From assembly GCA_047495785.1 (NCBI GenBank), contig JBLDXI010000042.1:3100001-3164000 (forward strand): 64,000 bases of DNA, given 5' to 3'. This DNA is from Lepidodermella squamata. Its lineage: Eukaryota > Animalia > Gastrotricha. Position numbers and translations under genes: made by a program. Position 1 is the stretch's first letter; every line of letters begins with the position of its first letter. The notes below the pieces were generated by a model that was given only the letters and a program-made list of their open reading frames with translations, made no database searches and was not told the DNA's origin. Shown here piece after piece: positions 59,367 through 64,000 of the stretch.

Positions 59367-60573
59367 TGTACAAAATTTCAATGAATTAAATCATTTTATT
59401 ATCACGTAGAAAAATGCGAAAAAACTGAATTAGCTTTGCATCTTTTTTTTACCGGGTTCAACGACGCTTGGCAATAAAACAATAAATAATACCAGCTCGG
59501 GGCGGTATTAATTTTGTTTTGCCATGCCCAAAAACGATATGGAAACAAAGTCGGGTATAATAATCTTCTCCCGACCGCGTCGAAACAAAATGAATCGCGG
59601 TTGAACGTGTGCTTTCTATAAATCCCTACGTGGCCAGTGTTGTTTTAATGAAAAAATGTTCGATAAATAGCGTTAATTTGCCGCTTCATACTTGGTGCGA
59701 TTTGTTGAAAAACGGGCGCTGCTTGCATGTGGCTTCGGTATTTAGGTATTATAGGAAACAGATTTTTGGCGCAACAGAAAAAAATATGATGAGAAACGTG
59801 ATTTTTTTCTATTCCGCTCATCTCAAACTAGGTGAATCACTTAATATATAGGAATAAATTATACAAATAAAGAGCAGCCTATGCGATAGAAAAAATCACT
59901 ATTAAATTCTAGGAAAAATGTAACGACGAATAAAAAATCGCGAAAATTTTACGATTTTATTTTTCTTAGGTATATAATTCGTGCGAAAATAATAATAACA
60001 GCAATAATTATTATGCATGATAGGAAATACACTTTTATGCGCTTTTTGGTGTATTATTCGAGCAAATAACGGCCGCTGAAATGGCGCCTGACATGAAGCA
60101 ACAAGGATTTGATGTTATTTAGTTGTTTTACTTAGCCACGCCATGAAAACCTGTACCAACTATAAGCTCTCGCGTTGCGATACAGCAGCGCTGCGTACTC
60201 GCAGTGTATAATGTAACGGCGTATAATTACATTATCATTACGGGCGGGGAAGGCGGGGCTGTTTTTGGTACTGTATGTTCCGTAGGATTTTTTCACGGAA
60301 GTTAGACAGACCACTACCAAGCGCCAAAAGATACTAAAGATACAAGGGATGGAGCGATGCTAAAGATAGAAAGCTCGGTTGCTCAACCTATCAGAGAAAC
60401 CGTGAACGGAAGAGTCAGTGAAAAGCTGAATGATGAATGCTGAAAGTTGCCATCAATCTCAAAACACTACACTGTATTATCTTTTGACAGAAACGCAATA
60501 CTCAAACGTGAAATAATGTCCCTCATCGGATATTTTTGAATCATTAAGAATTTTGATTGGGTGTGCCAAGTGC

Positions 60574-61008
60574 GCACCCTAAATTTAAGGTTCCAGCACT
60601 AAAAATGTGAGACTCCAGCACTAAATTTCCCTTAAATGGACTTTTTCGAGTTTCTTGTCTTCTCTGGAATCTCCATTTTTTTGTTATCATGCCTGTCCAA
60701 TAGATCTTCACTTTACGCGTATTTTGCGCTATGAGCGGTCAGCTTATGAGTCATACTTCAGCCTGCAGAGCCGATATCGATTCCAAGTATCGATTATACA
60801 AATCAGTGATTTTTCCGATATCAGCCGTCGTGGAACCCAACGTCGATCGTTTTTCTATGTAGCTTAGGTAGCTAAAACAAATTAATCCTAGGTTCAGGGA
60901 GGGCATCAGTATCGATTAAAAAACTAAAACGCCGAAATCTCAAAGAATATGAAAAATGGAGTGCCAGGACGCTTAAATTTAGTACTGGAACCTCATTTTT
61001 AGGGGTGC
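60574..61008. mobile_element. MITE with ~30-bp imperfect TIRs
   Basis: gcaccctaaatttaaggttccagcactaaa versus the reverse complement gcacccctaaaaatgaggttccagtactaaa. Confidence 0.75.
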
Positions 61009-61575
61009 AAATATTTGGACCCATTTTGATTCTTTAAATTATGACGCGCCTTGCCACGTAGAATTTTTCCGATATTTTTAAGGGAATTTCGATGGCTGAT
61101 TATGAAATTCCCAAAGATGCCGAGAAGTCATTCTGGGGTTCCCTAAATATTTCCAGAAAATCTAAGTTTATTCAACAGCTTAATCTAATTAGTCTAAATT
61201 CTTCAAAAAAAATCAGACTCGATCCTCACGAATGATAAATTTATTCACATTTTTCGCAGTGGTACATAGAGACACAATTATTTTAAAATTTTCGACAATT
61301 TAAATTGCATAATTTCGATATTTAAATGGGCAAGGCAACATGCTATATAATATCACATCAAATCAAATTTGAAAAGGCCCCGGAAAGGGACAAAACAGGG
61401 GTGAAAAGCGTAAAATAACTGATATCACAGTAAAATATCACAGAAATACACCAATAAAACTTGGCTATAATCAGTGAGTTTTCAACTGAAAACATGGGGT
61501 GAAAAAATAATGTATGTAGTTCTCAGTACAAAAATACTATCACAAAGCGGTTTCATATTTCAAAGCGCGTGCTGT

Positions 61576-64000
61576 TCAATATCCTTCTTCATCTTCATCT
61601 CCTTCTTCATCGTCCTCATCAACATCCATATTGTCAGGATCGATGCTTTCCTTCGTGTTATCCCGCAGCTGCTGCTCGACGTCGTCAAAATCGTCCATTA
61701 AAGTCGATTGGCGCAACGCGAATTCGCCTTTCGATTGGCTACCATTGACATTGAACACCATGCCACTCCGCCGCGAGGCCTTAGTCGACCGTGAACTGCC
61801 GGGTGGTAAAGGGGATCGAGTACTAGAAGGTGTTGGGCCGACATCTTCTGCTACGGCGGGAAGGTTTTGAGCTGCTGGTGCAGTGCCTGTTGTTGCGTTG
61901 AAACTGCTGCTGTTACTGGCAGAATCGGACCAGCATGACGTGACTGAGGTCAGCGTGACTTGGCTTTGACGCGCCGAGCCGTGAAGGTGGTTGGCTAAAC
62001 TTCCGCTTCCGACGCCGTGATGGCTTGATCCGGATAACGCGGCTAGGCGAGGATGAACAACTGCAGAAGAATGAAACAATTATAAACCATCCTCGTAAAA
62101 AAAATCACCCAAAATAAGTAAAAACTTGACACCGCAACCGAGGTCTAAATTTTGACAAAACCACGTTTTTCAATGGTTAAAGGTTGAAAAAAATTATTAC
62201 GAAAACTCTGCAAAATTCTGTAAAATTAGAAAAAGAGGAGCAAGGTGAGCCCTCATTTTTCTTCAATTTTTGAAAAATTTAGGAATTTTTAACTGATTTT
62301 TGGCAATCTAAAAAATGTTTGCCTCACTTGGGACAATTAGTGGGTAATTTTGGAATCCTATTTGCATATGCAACGGCCTTAACAGTTACGAAATTCATCC
62401 ATGATAATGATAATCGGTTCCAATTTAATAAAAATTCCACATTTTCAATTTTCAAAAATTCTAACAAAATTCGCTCCGAGAAGAATTAAATCCTTCTTAC
62501 CCTATTATTACTCCAATATTACCCTAATAACCCGATTTCATCTATTTTATCTCAACTTCAGATTGATGCCCTAATTGAACTCTCTGTCAGAATAGATTTT
62601 TTCCTTAGATTTCAGAGAAAGTAACGGCTGCTCCAATCCCCTTGACTTCAACCTCAAACAAAAACTGATGAGACGGAGAATTTTGCACAAAAATGTCCAT
62701 GCTTCCATAGTCCAACCCTGAATCATCAATCATCTGCAAAGCCAAAAGTGTCCAAGGTTACCCTGCTCAAAATTAACCTATGTTATGGTCCTGTTTTGAG
62801 GGACAAAAATTATGAAAACTCAAGAAAAATTCAACCGCATAATGAATACAAATTTTCAGCAGACCTCTCTAAAATTCTTAGGATTTTTACTACTCGAGAA
62901 ACTTACTCGTTGGTTGGCTTGATCGAATCTGTAATTCACTCGCCAGCTCAGCCAAAGCCATTTTATCATCGAAATCATCCTCATTAATGAACGAATTCTG
63001 CTCCAAACCCTGACCGCCCTCAGTTCGATCCGTATCCCCACCAACAGTCGACCTATCATCTTCAATGCCGCTCGGTTCTCCCAACAAATTAGCCGGCAAT
63101 GGAATTTGCATCTCACTTTCTTCGTTCTGAATCAACGAAATGTCCCGAGTTTGATCGCCCAGTTCAACCTTCAGCTCCTCGGTGAGCGATCGCAGCGTCT
63201 CAGCGTCGTTTTCCTCAAGCTCCCCGTCATCGTCATCATCATCGTCAACAATCGTACTCTGACGCGATTGCCGGTGAAAATTAGGCGCGGCTGATGACGA
63301 TTGCGGCCGCGGGGTTGTTGATTTTTCAACAATTTCCGGCAACAAGTTGTTCAGCTGAGATTTAGTGCCACTATTGTTAGATCTCGCCGACGCCAGCGCG
63401 TTACTCTGCGTCGCTAAGCGCCCGCAAAACCCCGCCTCGCCATCGTCATCGTCGTCCGACGACGAGCACAGCTCGCTGTTATTGAGCAAACTCTCGCCGC
63501 TCGGCTTGCTGCTATCGATTTTACCCGGCGACATTTCCTGGCGACTCGACGCCCGCCACGCTTCAATCGATTGCTGTAACGGGGTTCGAGGTTGAGCATA
63601 ACCGTGCCGCTGCGCCGCTGAAGAGGGTCGAGGGGACGGCACGACGGCTGCAGGCACCCTAGCGCGACTTATCGCACTGCCCCCAGTCACGCTTTCGACC
63701 CGCATTTCCGCCGCGGCGGCGATTCGGCCTAGAAAACCCGCACTGTTTCGCGGCGTCACGTCCTCGTCCTCGTCCAGCGACATTGTAAGACCCAACTTCC
63801 GCCTCTCCTCAGCAGTTCCGGGCCGGCTTTGAGCACTAGTTCGGCCTGATTCAATCGGCGGCTCAACTGAGCGTTGGCCCTCAGGAAATCGTAATTTCAT
63901 AACAATCGGCGGTTCGGGTTTCGCAGCGCTTTCTTCCTTCACGTCTATTGAGCTTTTAGGCGTTATTTGATCATCCTCATCTGCTGCTAACGAAACCGAG
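61576..64000 (-). CDS. 3' part of an unidentified, largely disordered Ser/acidic protein; the 5' end lies beyond the window
   Basis: Exon >64000-62907 is spliced in phase 1 to 62060-61576; long open frames with no recognisable domain. Confidence 0.7.
62243..62380. repeat. Interspersed repeat or DNA-transposon end (copy 2)
   Basis: Matches 35041-35209. The GGCC terminus followed by TTA resembles PIF/Harbinger or Zator ends. Confidence 0.65.

Noticed and set aside
1-64000. Prokaryotic systems (CRISPR, defence operons), tRNA/rRNA genes and autonomous transposase or RT ORFs
   Set aside because: None seen. The window is spliceosomal-intron-containing animal DNA with only non-autonomous elements; a covariance-model scan would be needed to exclude small ncRNAs.

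Overview
Eukaryotic (animal, invertebrate-type) genomic DNA from a gene-dense genome with mostly 50-63 nt GT-AG introns. The taxon cannot be fixed from sequence alone. All gene models were spliced by hand, and no database search was run. Contents in order: the 3' exon of a C1GALT1-like glycosyltransferase; two intronless GABA-B-like class C GPCRs with a small secreted PAN/apple gene between them; and an 8.5-16.7 kb cluster in which a very divergent 7-exon nuclear receptor is flanked by four small co-oriented orphan genes sharing an L[AR]W[LM]L (NR-box-like) motif. Next come a Ctr1 copper transporter, three GPI-type Ly6/three-finger genes (two with long Trp-rich inserts, one with a Met/His-rich stalk), an orphan secreted peptide and a tandem pair of PAN genes. 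The second half holds a CUB/LDLa trypsin-like protease, a GRD-like Cys-loop channel with an ADR filter, a centrin-like gene, BNIP3, MAD1, LAMTOR4, an intronless clan-CD-protease-like ORF, a TRIM-NHL gene and a truncated disordered-protein gene. Several MITEs are scattered through the window. The best candidates for an undescribed system are the nuclear receptor plus LxxLL-microprotein cluster and the Trp-rich three-finger proteins.
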